The notes: generated from the letters alone by a model not told the origin. 30,632 nt of DNA from Gemmatimonadota bacterium (GCA_040905425.1 JBBDRO010000105.1:1-30632), one strand, 5' to 3'. Positions 1-9,003 are shown, counted from the stretch's first letter. Translations and numbers: made by a program.

Positions 1-377
<377 letters not shown>

Positions 378-416
378 GTCTTTCCTCGGTGGTGTATCAG
401 CGTTTGCGGTATCAGG

Positions 417-488
<72 letters not shown>

Positions 489-695
489 AGTATCAGGGGC
501 GCAGTGGCCCTGGGGCCCGCGCCGGGTGAGGCGGCAGACGGGGGAGCCACAAAGAACGCTCCCCCTCCCTGCGCTTCGCAGGTGGGGTATCAGCCCGCCT
601 CACCCTGTCCCGACTCGGTGGTATTCGCACGGCAGGCTGCCGTTTCATGCTCCCACCGGCCGCCGATCGCGCCACCCACAGCGATCGCTGGACAG
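489..695 (-). ncRNA. Putative structured leader RNA of the tRNA-Thr/tuf transcript
   Basis: Begins about 7 nt after a near-consensus -10. Perfect nested stems: 605-610/690-695, 664-670/681-687, 616-621/653-658, 629-634/638-643, 524-534/595-605, 540-547/558-565, 568-573/577-582. Confidence 0.5.
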
Positions 696-701
696 ACCTG
701 T

Positions 702-730
702 AGTATAGCCCGGCGTCCGAGGGGTGTCAA
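702..730 (-). promoter_or_regulatory. sigma70 promoter for the leader, tRNA-Thr(GGT) and tuf
   Basis: TTGACA-17 bp-TATACT on the minus strand (plus strand tgtcaa 725-730, agtata 702-707). Confidence 0.9.
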
Positions 731-774
731 CGGTGTGGGATGGCGGCCCCGCCGCGCATGGCATCCGCACGCGA

Positions 775-800
775 CCCGGCCGCCGGAATCGACGACCGGG
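775..800 (-). terminator. Hairpin downstream of tRNA-Gly (possible terminator or processing stem)
   Basis: CCCGGUCGUCG-AUUC-CGGCGGCCGGG is an 11-bp stem whose two G-U pairs work only on the minus strand. No U-tract follows. Confidence 0.4.
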
Positions 801-813
801 CCGGTGGGAAAAG

Positions 814-887
814 AGCGGGCGATGGGACTCGAACCCACGACCCTCAGCTTGGAAGGCTGATGCTCTAGCCAACTGAGCTACGCCCGC
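814..887 (-). tRNA. tRNA-Gly(TCC)
   Basis: GCGGGCGTAGCTCAGTTGGCTAGAGCATCAGCCTTCCAAGCTGAGGGTCGTGGGTTCGAGTCCCATCGCCCGCT, anticodon TCC. Confidence 0.97.
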
Positions 888-929
888 ACTCTGGAGGCAG
901 AAAGCTAACGGCGGCGGGCACTGCGTACA

Positions 930-1002
930 AGCTGACGGTCGGACTCGAACCGACGACCTGCCGCTTACAAGGCGGCTGCTCTACCAGCTGAGCTACGTCA
1001 GC
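930..1002 (-). tRNA. tRNA-Thr(TGT)
   Basis: GCTGACGTAGCTCAGCTGGTAGAGCAGCCGCCTTGTAAGCGGCAGGTCGTCGGTTCGAGTCCGACCGTCAGCT, anticodon TGT. Confidence 0.97.
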
Positions 1003-1038
1003 ACCCGGGAGATAAGAAAACCCCGCCGGCCCCGAGGG

Positions 1039-2520
1039 TCAACGGTTCGAAGCGACGTCGGCCGTGCCGCGTTCCCGGTGCCAGCGCACCCCCTGCAGCG
1101 TATCCTCCACCACCACGCCGCGCGCGCCGAGTTCGCTGCGAATGGCGTCGGCCGCGGCGAAGTCCCGGCGCGCCCGGGCGTCACGCCGCGCATCGAGGCG
1201 CTCCTCCACCCAGGCGGCGAACTCCTGGTCCACGCCCTCCTCCTCGGCACGGGCCAGGGCCACGATGCCGAGTACGTCATCCATGCTCGTCAGTGCGTCC
1301 AGGGCGGCACGGTGCTCCGCGGGCGGGACCTCGTCCGCCCGGTCCAGGGCGGCGTTGGCCTCGCGCACGAAGTCGAACAGCGCGCGCAGGGCCACCGGCG
1401 TGTTGAGGTCGTCGTCCAGGCCCCGCGCGAAGGTCTCCAGCGCCACCGCGGCCGCCGCGGCCAGGCCCACCTCCGCCGCCCCCTCGGCCACGGGCGCGGC
1501 TTCCAGCCGGCGGGAGAAGTCCAACAGGCGGCGCAGCGCTCCGCGCGCGTCCTCCAGCCCCGCGAAGGTGAAGTTCAGCTCGCTCCGGTAGTGCGCCATG
1601 AGCAGCAGGTAGCGGATGGCCGAGGGCGCGTGCCCCCGCGCGACCAGATCGGCGATGGTGAAGACGTTGCCCTTGGACTTGGACATCTTCTCGCCGTTGA
1701 CCTTGAGGTGCTTCACGTGCAGCCAGTAGCGCACGAACGGCTGCCCCGTGGCCGCTTCCGACTGGGCGATCTCGTCCTCATGGTGGGGAAAGATCAGGTC
1801 CTCCCCGCCCGTATGGATGTCCACCGTCTCACCCAGCTCGGCCATACTCATGGCGGAGCACTCGATGTGCCAGCCGGGGCGGCCCTCCCCCCAGGGCGTG
1901 GGCCAGGCGGCGCCCACCTCCCGGTCCGCGTCCCGCGCGGCCTTCCAGAGCGCGAAGTCCCGCGCGTCGGCCTTCTCGTACTCGTCGGCGTCGATGCCGC
2001 GCGCGCGGTCCGCCAGACCGGCGCCGGCGCGCGTCTGGCTCAGGTCCACGCGGGCCAGGCGCCCGTACGCGGGGAAGGAGGCGATGTCGAAGTAAACGGA
2101 CCCGTCGCGTTCATAGGCGTGGTCCTTCTCAATGAGCCGCTCCACGAGACCCACCATGGCGTCCATGTGCTCGGTGGCGCGGGGATAGACGTCCGCCGGG
2201 CGGACCCCCAGCGCGCGCAGGTCGGCAAAGAAGGCCTCCGTCTGGGGCGCGGTGACGGCGGTGATGTCCACCCCGCGCTGGCGCGCGCCGTCGATGATCT
2301 TGTCCTCCACGTCCGTCAGGTTCATGACAAAGCGGACCTCGTGCCCCTGCCACTCCAGATAGCGATGCAACAGGTCGTTGAACACGAACGTGCGGAAGTT
2401 GCCGATGTGGGGCGGCAGATAGACCGTGGGACCGCAGGCGTACACCCCCACGGGCCGGCCGGCCCGGGGCGTGAAAGCGCGCAGGGAGCGGGACAGCGTG
2501 TCGTGGAGCTTGAGGGCCAT
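1039..2520 (-). CDS. cysS: Cysteine--tRNA ligase
   Basis: YACGPTVY, HIGN (HIGH-like), GRPGWHIECSAM, DIHTGGEDLIFPHHEDE, KMSKSKGN, DDLNTP and a C-terminal ADAIRSEL anticodon-binding domain. Confidence 0.98.
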   Translation of the reverse strand: MALKLHDTLSRSLRAFTPRAGRPVGVYACGPTVYLPPHIGNFRTFVFNDLLHRYLEWQGHEVRFVMNLTDVEDKIIDGARQRGVDITAVTAPQTEAFFADLRALGVRPADVYPRATEHMDAMVGLVERLIEKDHAYERDGSVYFDIASFPAYGRLARVDLSQTRAGAGLADRARGIDADEYEKADARDFALWKAARDADREVGAAWPTPWGEGRPGWHIECSAMSMAELGETVDIHTGGEDLIFPHHEDEIAQSEAATGQPFVRYWLHVKHLKVNGEKMSKSKGNVFTIADLVARGHAPSAIRYLLLMAHYRSELNFTFAGLEDARGALRRLLDFSRRLEAAPVAEGAAEVGLAAAAAVALETFARGLDDDLNTPVALRALFDFVREANAALDRADEVPPAEHRAALDALTSMDDVLGIVALARAEEEGVDQEFAAWVEERLDARRDARARRDFAAADAIRSELGARGVVVEDTLQGVRWHRERGTADVASNR

Positions 2521-2525
2521 GGCGC

Positions 2526-3476
2526 TCAGGTTTCGGCCGGGGCTGGGGGCCGCTGCCCCTCGCCCCAGTAGAAGGTCATGTGGGGGAACGGGATCTCGAT
2601 GCCCTCAGCGTCGAAGCGCTTCTTCAGCCGCCGGCGCAGCTCACGGGCCACGTCCCATTGTTTCAGGGGCAGCGTCTTGGCCACCATGCGGATGACCACC
2701 GCGGAGTCGGCGAACGCCTGCACGCCGGGGACCTCGGGGGGATCCACCAGCAGGGGGCCGAAATCAGGGTCCTGCAGCAGTTCCTCACCCACGGCGCGCA
2801 TGACCTCCATGACGTGGTCCACGTCCTCCTTGTAGGCCACGCCCATGTCCAGGACGGCGCGGGAGAACTGCTTGGTGAGGTTGCTGACCCGGGTGATCTC
2901 CCCGTTGGGGACGATGTGCACGATGCCCTCCACGTCCCGCAGGATCGTGGTGCGCAGGGTGATCTTCTCCACCGCTCCCGACACGTCACTCACGCGCACC
3001 ACATCCCCCACGCCGAACTGCCCCTCCATGAGCATGAAGGTACCGCTGATGACGTCCTTGACCAGCGACTGGGCGCCGAAGGAGACGGCCAGCCCGAGCA
3101 CGCCCACGCTGGCCAGCAAGGGGCCGATGTCCATGAACTCCCCGGCCACCGTCAGGATGGTGATGGTGACCACGGCAATGAGCGCCACGTTGGCCAGCAG
3201 CCCGCCCACCGTCTGCGCCCGCTGCTCGCGCAGGCGCTTCACCACCGGGTCCTCCTCATCCACCGACCGGCCGACCCAGCGGCCGATCACCAGCTTGATT
3301 ACGCGGTAGACCACCACCGCGACGGCAATGAAAACCAGGATCCGCACCGCACCGAATACCACCGCCTCGGAACTCAGGTAGCTCCACAGGCGCTGCGGCA
3401 GGGTGCGGAGCTCGGCCGGGCTCAGCACCTGTAGCAGCGAATCGGTAGCGGAATCTTGCAGCGCCAGCATGCTCAC
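2526..3476 (-). CDS. mscS: Small-conductance mechanosensitive channel (MscS/YbiO-like)
   Basis: LLASVGVLGLAVSFGAQSLVKDVISG, QFGVGDVV, VEKITLRTT, HIVPNGEI, GIEIPFP. GTG start overlaps the upstream stop; alternative ATG at 3470. Confidence 0.93.
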   Translation of the reverse strand: MSMLALQDSATDSLLQVLSPAELRTLPQRLWSYLSSEAVVFGAVRILVFIAVAVVVYRVIKLVIGRWVGRSVDEEDPVVKRLREQRAQTVGGLLANVALIAVVTITILTVAGEFMDIGPLLASVGVLGLAVSFGAQSLVKDVISGTFMLMEGQFGVGDVVRVSDVSGAVEKITLRTTILRDVEGIVHIVPNGEITRVSNLTKQFSRAVLDMGVAYKEDVDHVMEVMRAVGEELLQDPDFGPLLVDPPEVPGVQAFADSAVVIRMVAKTLPLKQWDVARELRRRLKKRFDAEGIEIPFPHMTFYWGEGQRPPAPAET

Positions 3477-3907
3477 GGCATCAGGCGAATCTCGGAGACG
3501 TGCCAGCGGCCTTCGACCTTCACCAGCGCCACGAAGATCGACACCCGCTCGGGGATGGTGGTGCCGCGTGCGCGCACCACCCAGTTCAGCTCGCCGAAGC
3601 CGCGTGCGGGCTCACCACCCACCTCCTTGGCCAGACCGACCTGCACGTTGAGCGTCTCCCGATCCTCGAAGACGCGCCGCAGCACCGCCGCCGCCTGCCG
3701 TGGCGGGAAGGGGCCGGTGGGCGAACCGTCCACGTCCAGGGCCACGCCCGCGGGCCCGGCGTGGTTGGCCACGGCCGTAGCGTCACTCCTGGCCCACGCC
3801 GCGGCCACCTGTTCCAGGGCTCCCTTGAGTTGCTGGGCCGCCGCGTCGGCCGGCAGGAGCGCCGCGAGCACGATCAGCATGCCTGCCCACGCCAACCTGG
3901 CGCTCAT
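3473..3907 (-). CDS. Exported hypothetical protein, probable NTF2-like fold (DUF4783-like)
   Basis: Signal peptide ending ADAAA-Q, helical N-half and beta-rich C-half ending in GRWHVSEIR. Coupled to both neighbours by ATGA/GTGA overlaps. Confidence 0.7.
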   Translation of the reverse strand: MSARLAWAGMLIVLAALLPADAAAQQLKGALEQVAAAWARSDATAVANHAGPAGVALDVDGSPTGPFPPRQAAAVLRRVFEDRETLNVQVGLAKEVGGEPARGFGELNWVVRARGTTIPERVSIFVALVKVEGRWHVSEIRLMP

Positions 3908-4611
3908 TCCACCGCCTCCGCCAGCTCGTCCAGGTCCGCCTGGAGCGCCGCCACCGCGGCTACCGGATCGGCGGCCCGGATCACCGGCCGCCCTACGACC
4001 AGATAGTCGGCGCCCGCCCGGGCGGCTGCCGACGGCGTGGCCGTGCGCGCCTGGTCATCAGGCACGGCGTCCGGCATGCGGATGCCTGGTGTGACCACGA
4101 GAAAGCCCGCCCCGTGGCGCCGTTTGAGCAGCTCGGCCTCGAGTGGGGACGCCACCACCCCGGCCAGCCCGGCATCGTCGGCCAGCTGCGCGAGGCGGCC
4201 CACCTCGTCACGCAGGGAGCGCAGCTCCTTGGCCCAGGTCTCCTCGATGTCGTGCACGGTGAAGGACGTGAGAATGGTCACGCCCAGCACGGCCGGTCCG
4301 TCGGCCCCGGCTGCCTCCACCGCCGCGCGGAGCATGGCGCTGCCGCCCGCCGCGTGCACCGTGAGGAGCTCCACGCCGAGCTCCCGCGCCGCGCGCACGG
4401 CACTGGCCACGGTATTGGGTATGTCGTGGAACTTGAGGTCCAGGAAGACACGCTTCTCACGCTCGGCGAGCGCGGTAATGAGCGCGTGCCCGCCGCGCGT
4501 GAAGAGCGGTGAGCCCACCTTGTACCACCGCACACGCTCCCCCACGCGGTCCACGAGATCGAGGGCCGCCTCCGCGTCATCCACATCCAGCGCTACGATG
4601 ATCTCCGCCAT
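3904..4611 (-). CDS. pyrF: Orotidine-5'-phosphate decarboxylase
   Basis: IIVALD, YKVG, VFLDLKFHDIPNTV, LTVHAAGG, VTPGIR, DQAR, LVVGRP. Confidence 0.98.
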   Translation of the reverse strand: MAEIIVALDVDDAEAALDLVDRVGERVRWYKVGSPLFTRGGHALITALAEREKRVFLDLKFHDIPNTVASAVRAARELGVELLTVHAAGGSAMLRAAVEAAGADGPAVLGVTILTSFTVHDIEETWAKELRSLRDEVGRLAQLADDAGLAGVVASPLEAELLKRRHGAGFLVVTPGIRMPDAVPDDQARTATPSAAARAGADYLVVGRPVIRAADPVAAVAALQADLDELAEAVE

Positions 4612-4638
4612 GTCCTTCTGCTTTCGGGGCCGCGGCGC

Positions 4639-5562
4639 TCAGGCCGTGATGCCCGCACCCACCAGGTCGCGGACGTGGGTCACGCCCAGCGTGCGGCCGA
4701 TTCGCTGCATCTCCGCAAGTACACGTGGCGCGGCGCGGGGGTCCGCGAATGTGGCCGTGCCCAGCTGCACCAGGCTGGCCCCCGCGAGCACGTACTGCAG
4801 GGCGTCCGCGCCGCTCCGTATCCCGCCCACCCCCAGGATTGGCACCGCCACCCGGGCGCGCACACGGACCACCGCGGCCACACCGATCGGCAGCAACGCG
4901 CCCCCGCTCACACCTCCCTGACCGGCGCCCAGCACCGGCCGCCGTGTGGGCAGATCGAAGAGCAGGCCGGGCATGGTGTTCACCAGGGTGAGCGCGTCGG
5001 CGCCTTCGGCCACGGCCACCTCCGCCATGCGGCCCAGGTCGGGCACGTTGGGCGCCAGCTTCACGGCCAGGGGGCGGCGCGTGGCCGCGCGCGCGGCGCG
5101 CACCGCCGCCGCCAGCAGATCCTCCCGGGCGGAGAAGAGCGCTCCGCCCTCCTTCACGTTGGGACACGAGACGTTCAGCTCATAGCCCAGGAAGCCGTCG
5201 GCGTCATCCAGGCGCGCCACGATGGTGCCGAATTCCTCCGCCGTTCGTCCAGCCACGTTCACCAGGACCCGGGCACGCTGAAGGCGCCCGGCCAGCCAGG
5301 GCAGGCGCTCGGCACGCACCCGCTCCACGCCGTCGTTGGCCAGGCCCACGGAGTTCAGCATACCGGCGCCGAACTCGGCCACGCGCGGCGCGGCGTTACC
5401 GGCCCTGGGCTCGGCGGTGACGGCCTTGATGACCAGGCCGCCCAGTTCGTCCAGCTCCAGCACGCCGTCCAGCTCACGGCCATAGCCGCACGTGCCACTG
5501 GCCAGCAGGAGCGGGTTCTGGAACGTGGTTCCGAAGAGTTCCTGGTCGAGCTTCACCGCCAC
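4639..5562 (-). CDS. pyrD: Dihydroorotate dehydrogenase, family 1B catalytic subunit
   Basis: NPLLLASGT, MLNSVGLAN, ELNVSCPNV (catalytic Cys), VKLAPN, LVNT, GGVSG, GVGGI. Confidence 0.95.
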   Translation of the reverse strand: MAVKLDQELFGTTFQNPLLLASGTCGYGRELDGVLELDELGGLVIKAVTAEPRAGNAAPRVAEFGAGMLNSVGLANDGVERVRAERLPWLAGRLQRARVLVNVAGRTAEEFGTIVARLDDADGFLGYELNVSCPNVKEGGALFSAREDLLAAAVRAARAATRRPLAVKLAPNVPDLGRMAEVAVAEGADALTLVNTMPGLLFDLPTRRPVLGAGQGGVSGGALLPIGVAAVVRVRARVAVPILGVGGIRSGADALQYVLAGASLVQLGTATFADPRAAPRVLAEMQRIGRTLGVTHVRDLVGAGITA

Positions 5563-5634
5563 CTCGCCGCGATGTGTCCGGGGAGCGTGGAGCGCACCAG
5601 CGCGCCGCAGGATGCCGGGAGCTTCACTGCACCC

Positions 5635-7284
5635 TCACCGGGCGTCCGGGAGCGGCGGAAACGTGTCATTGCCCGGCCGGCGCACCCGGTCGTCCGCGGC
5701 GCACGTGGTGTCGCACAGCGCGGCGGTGTCCTGGAGGGCCAGCACGAAGCGCACGCGTGCCGAGTCGCCGCGCACGCATGCGGCGCGCGCGCTGTCCGCG
5801 CGAATGCCGAGCACCGCCGCCTCCTCCAGCTGCGCGCCGCACGCCATGCGCAGCGAATCGGTGCGCGCGACCACGCGCAGGCTGTCCAGCGCGGCCACGT
5901 GCTGGCTCACGGCGGCGTCCCGCCCCCGCGCGGTGCTGCGCGCCTCCTCCAGCAACCCCGCCAGCTGGCCGTCCAGCCGGCGCTCGGCGTCCTCGAAGCC
6001 CGCAGCGTCACCGGGCGTCACATAGGGATTGCCCGCCACCGCCACCGCGCGGGCCCGCAGGGCGGCCGCCTCCTCCGGGGGCGCGAGCAGCGCCCCGGCG
6101 AGCAGCGCCTTGGGCGCCCACACGCCGGCCGGTGCCAGCTCCGCGTATGCGGTGAAGAGCCGCACGGCCAGCTGCGGCGCGGCCAGGCTGTCCCGCGCCA
6201 TTTCGGCGGCCACGAAGAGCGCCAGGGGACGGCCCTGCCCCGCACGCTCCACCAGCTCCTCGAGCGTGCGCATGTGATCCACCAGGCGGGCGGCCGGCGG
6301 ATGGCCCACGGCGGGCAGCAGGATGGCACGCACCTCGCCCAGCTCGTCCAGACCGCTGGCGCCCCGCAGCCGGAGCCGGCTCCAGGTATGGCGGGCGGCC
6401 TGCGCCGTGCCCGGCGCCGCGCCGTCCGCCAGCGCACCGAGCTCGTCGAGCGCGGCGGCGGTATCCCCGCCGGCCGCCAGGTGCGCGGCGCGTACCAGGC
6501 GGAGCGAGTCACGCGCCGCCGCGGGCCAGGCACCCGCGGCCACGGGCGCCAGGAGCAGCGCCGCGGCGGCCGGGCCGTGCGCGCGCGCTTCCACGGCCGC
6601 CAGCGTACGCAGCGAATCCAGGGTGGCGCGCGCGCCGGCGTCCCCCAGGAGCCGGGCCACCGCGGCCCGCAGCCGGGCGGAGTCCCCCAGGGCCAGCGCC
6701 CGCGTGGCGCCCTCCAGCAGCGCCTTGTGGGCCAGCGGGTCGGACCGGATGGCCGCGGCGTCCAGCTCCGCCCACGCGGCCGCGGCGTCCCCCGTGGCGA
6801 AGCGGGCGCGGGCCCGCCACAGGTGGGCAAAGGCCGCCTCCGGGCTGCCCGCCGCCAGCTCGGCGAGCGCCCGGTCCAGGTGCGGCAGGGCCGCCGCCGG
6901 CCGCTCGGCGCGCACGGCCGTGGCCCCCAGGTAGGCCTCCGCCGTGGCCCGCATGCGCGCGTTGTCCGTGTGCCGCACCGCGGCGTCCAGCGCCGCGCTG
7001 GCCTCAGCGTTGCGGCCGAGCGCGAAATGCGCCCGCCCGATGAGCAGGAGGGCGTCATCCGACCAGCGGCCCTCCGGGTGCGCGCGATAGCTCGAGGACG
7101 CCTTCAGCAGACTCTCTTCGTAGGCCGCGCGCGCCTGCGCGCTCCGCCCCTCGGTGGCAAGGCGCTCCGCCTCCGCGAAGCGGCGCTCCGCGTTGTAGAG
7201 CGCGTTGAAGTAGCCGCATCCGGCCGGCGCCAGGACGGCCAGCGCCAGGACGGCCAGCGGACCCAGGCGCCGACGCGCGCTCAT
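5635..7284 (-). CDS. TPR-repeat lipoprotein
   Basis: Start at ATG 7284 (ATGA overlap with amidase stop). Lipobox-like PAG-C followed by GYFNALYNA. TPR-type helices (WSDDALLLIGRAHFALG, WAPKALLA). Confidence 0.8.
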   Translation of the reverse strand: MSARRRLGPLAVLALAVLAPAGCGYFNALYNAERRFAEAERLATEGRSAQARAAYEESLLKASSSYRAHPEGRWSDDALLLIGRAHFALGRNAEASAALDAAVRHTDNARMRATAEAYLGATAVRAERPAAALPHLDRALAELAAGSPEAAFAHLWRARARFATGDAAAAWAELDAAAIRSDPLAHKALLEGATRALALGDSARLRAAVARLLGDAGARATLDSLRTLAAVEARAHGPAAAALLLAPVAAGAWPAAARDSLRLVRAAHLAAGGDTAAALDELGALADGAAPGTAQAARHTWSRLRLRGASGLDELGEVRAILLPAVGHPPAARLVDHMRTLEELVERAGQGRPLALFVAAEMARDSLAAPQLAVRLFTAYAELAPAGVWAPKALLAGALLAPPEEAAALRARAVAVAGNPYVTPGDAAGFEDAERRLDGQLAGLLEEARSTARGRDAAVSQHVAALDSLRVVARTDSLRMACGAQLEEAAVLGIRADSARAACVRGDSARVRFVLALQDTAALCDTTCAADDRVRRPGNDTFPPLPDAR

Positions 7285-8498
7285 CCGCCCGCCCACAGCG
7301 GCTCCTGGGCCTCAAAGAACGCCTCCAACGCGTCCGCCAGCGCCCAGCCAAGCTTGTCCTGGAAGGCCGCGCTGCCCAGCAGCCGCGCCTCCTCGGGATG
7401 GGAAATGAAGCCCGTTTCCACCAGTACGGCGGGCATGACGGCCCCTACCAGCACCACGAATTCCGCCCGCTTCACGCCCCGGTTCGGACCGGGGTGAAAG
7501 GCGGCCAGACGCCGCTGCACGGTGGCGGCCAGTTCGGCCGAGGCGCGCACCCAGTACTCGTTGCGCAGGCTGCTCAGGATGGCGTCCCGCGTGCTGGAGC
7601 CCGCGCCGTCGTCCTCGTAGGCCAGGGCCGCGTTCTCCATCTCCGCCACCCGGCGCTCGTCCTCCGTGGTGGCCTCGGCCAGGAAGTACGTCTCGAAGCC
7701 GCGCGGCTGGGCCGTGCGCCAGGCATTGGCGTGGATGGAGACGAAGACGGCGCGCGGCCGAAAGCCCTTCAGCTCGTTGGCCAGGTGCGGACGGTCCACC
7801 AGCGCGATGAGCGTGTCCACCGTGCGCGTGTAGTGCACCTCGAAGCCGCGCTCGCGGAGGATCCTGCCCAGGCGCTGCGCGATGGCCAGCGTGACCTGCT
7901 TCTCGGCCAGCCGACCGGGGCCGACCTTGCCTGGATCCCGCCCGCCGTGGCCCGCATCCAGGATCACCACGCGTGCGTCCCGGCTGCCGACCGGGCCGGG
8001 ACCGGACGGCGCGGCGGCAGGCGTACCCGCCGGCGGCGTGTCCGGTGGCGCATCAACGCCCGCGCGCGCGGGCTCTGCGGACCCGGCGGAAACGCCCGCA
8101 CCCCGGACCTGCAGGACCCCGCCCCGGTACGCCACGCGCTCCGGATAGGCGGTGGGCAGCCAGGCAATGAAGAACTGCTCGGGGAGGTGGAGCGCGCCGT
8201 CCACCAGGTGCGCTGGATAGGCCAGATGGTGGACGCCGCTGCCGGTGCGAAAGAACGGGGACGTCGCCTGGAATTCGAGCGTGTCTCCGAAGAGCAGGAG
8301 CCGCACGCCGCCCGCCATGGGCAGGATGCTGCCCCCCAGCGCCTCCACCGCCCGCGCGGCGTACGCCGGCGCCTCCGTGGGCGACGCCTCCACGCTGACG
8401 CTGCCGGCCGGCCCCTGGATACGCAGCGGCGTACCCTGCGCCGCGGCGGCCAGGGGCAGGAGGGCCGCGCACGCCACGGCAACGAGCAGCGGGCGCAT
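7281..8498 (-). CDS. N-acetylmuramoyl-L-alanine amidase (Amidase_3, AmiC-like)
   Basis: Signal peptide, ILDAGHGGRDPG, EKQVTL, VSIHANA, RGFETYFL, AVLVETGFISHPEE. Confidence 0.95.
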   Translation of the reverse strand: MRPLLVAVACAALLPLAAAAQGTPLRIQGPAGSVSVEASPTEAPAYAARAVEALGGSILPMAGGVRLLLFGDTLEFQATSPFFRTGSGVHHLAYPAHLVDGALHLPEQFFIAWLPTAYPERVAYRGGVLQVRGAGVSAGSAEPARAGVDAPPDTPPAGTPAAAPSGPGPVGSRDARVVILDAGHGGRDPGKVGPGRLAEKQVTLAIAQRLGRILRERGFEVHYTRTVDTLIALVDRPHLANELKGFRPRAVFVSIHANAWRTAQPRGFETYFLAEATTEDERRVAEMENAALAYEDDGAGSSTRDAILSSLRNEYWVRASAELAATVQRRLAAFHPGPNRGVKRAEFVVLVGAVMPAVLVETGFISHPEEARLLGSAAFQDKLGWALADALEAFFEAQEPLWAGG

Positions 8499-8968
8499 CA
8501 GGTGCGCTCCTTCAGCGCGCGCTGCATCTCGCGCTCGTGCGTGCGCTTCTTCAGGTCCTCACGCCGATCGTACTGCTTCTTGCCGCGGCCGAGCGCCAGC
8601 GTGGTCTTCACGAAGCCGCGGCGCAGGTGGAGGTCCAGCGGCACGAGTGTCTGGCCCTGCTCCTGGGTAGCCCCGATGAGCTTGCGGATCTCCTGGCGGC
8701 GCAGCAGCAGCTTGCGCGGCCGCACGGGATCCGTGTTCCACCCCGCCGCCGGATCGTAGGGGGTGACGTGCATGCCGTGCAGCCACACCTCGCCGCCGTC
8801 CACGCGCGCAAACGCCTCCTGCAGGCTGACCTTGCCGTTCTTGATGGACTTCACCTCGGGCCCCGTGAGCGCAATGCCCGCCTCCCAGCTGTCGAGCACG
8901 TGGTACTCGTGCAGGGCCTTGCGATTGCGCGCCAGCACCTTGCGCCCGTCTTCACTGTCATTGGCCAT
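8498..8968 (-). CDS. smpB: SsrA-binding protein SmpB
   Basis: NRKALHEYHVLDSWEAGIALTGPEVKSIK, RPRKLLL, LGRGKKQYDRREDLK. Confidence 0.98.
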   Translation of the reverse strand: MANDSEDGRKVLARNRKALHEYHVLDSWEAGIALTGPEVKSIKNGKVSLQEAFARVDGGEVWLHGMHVTPYDPAAGWNTDPVRPRKLLLRRQEIRKLIGATQEQGQTLVPLDLHLRRGFVKTTLALGRGKKQYDRREDLKKRTHEREMQRALKERT

Positions 8969-8974
8969 GCCTTC

Positions 8975-9003
8975 AACCTACCCAACGCCCGGCACGCATG
9001 GAA
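8975..9003 (-). promoter_or_regulatory. Putative sigma70 promoter giving a leaderless smpB mRNA
   Basis: TTCCAT-17 bp-TAGGTT, then only 6 nt (GAAGGC) before the ATG. Confidence 0.5.

Noticed and set aside
493..675. Possible leader peptide (MKRQPAVRIPP..., three PP motifs) in the tuf leader
   Set aside because: Codons atypical for this genome (CGA, ATA, AGT, AGG), GGGAG too close to the ATG, and Pro/Arg richness is expected from GC-rich stems. Would need ribosome profiling.
1003..1042. Promoter for tRNA-Thr(TGT) overlapping the cysS stop (TTGACC...TTTCTT)
   Set aside because: The -35 is plausible but the -10 is too poor to call.
4675..7497. 940-aa plus-strand ORF
   Set aside because: Antisense to pyrD, TPR and amidase genes; no motifs; stop-poor frame typical of high-GC DNA.
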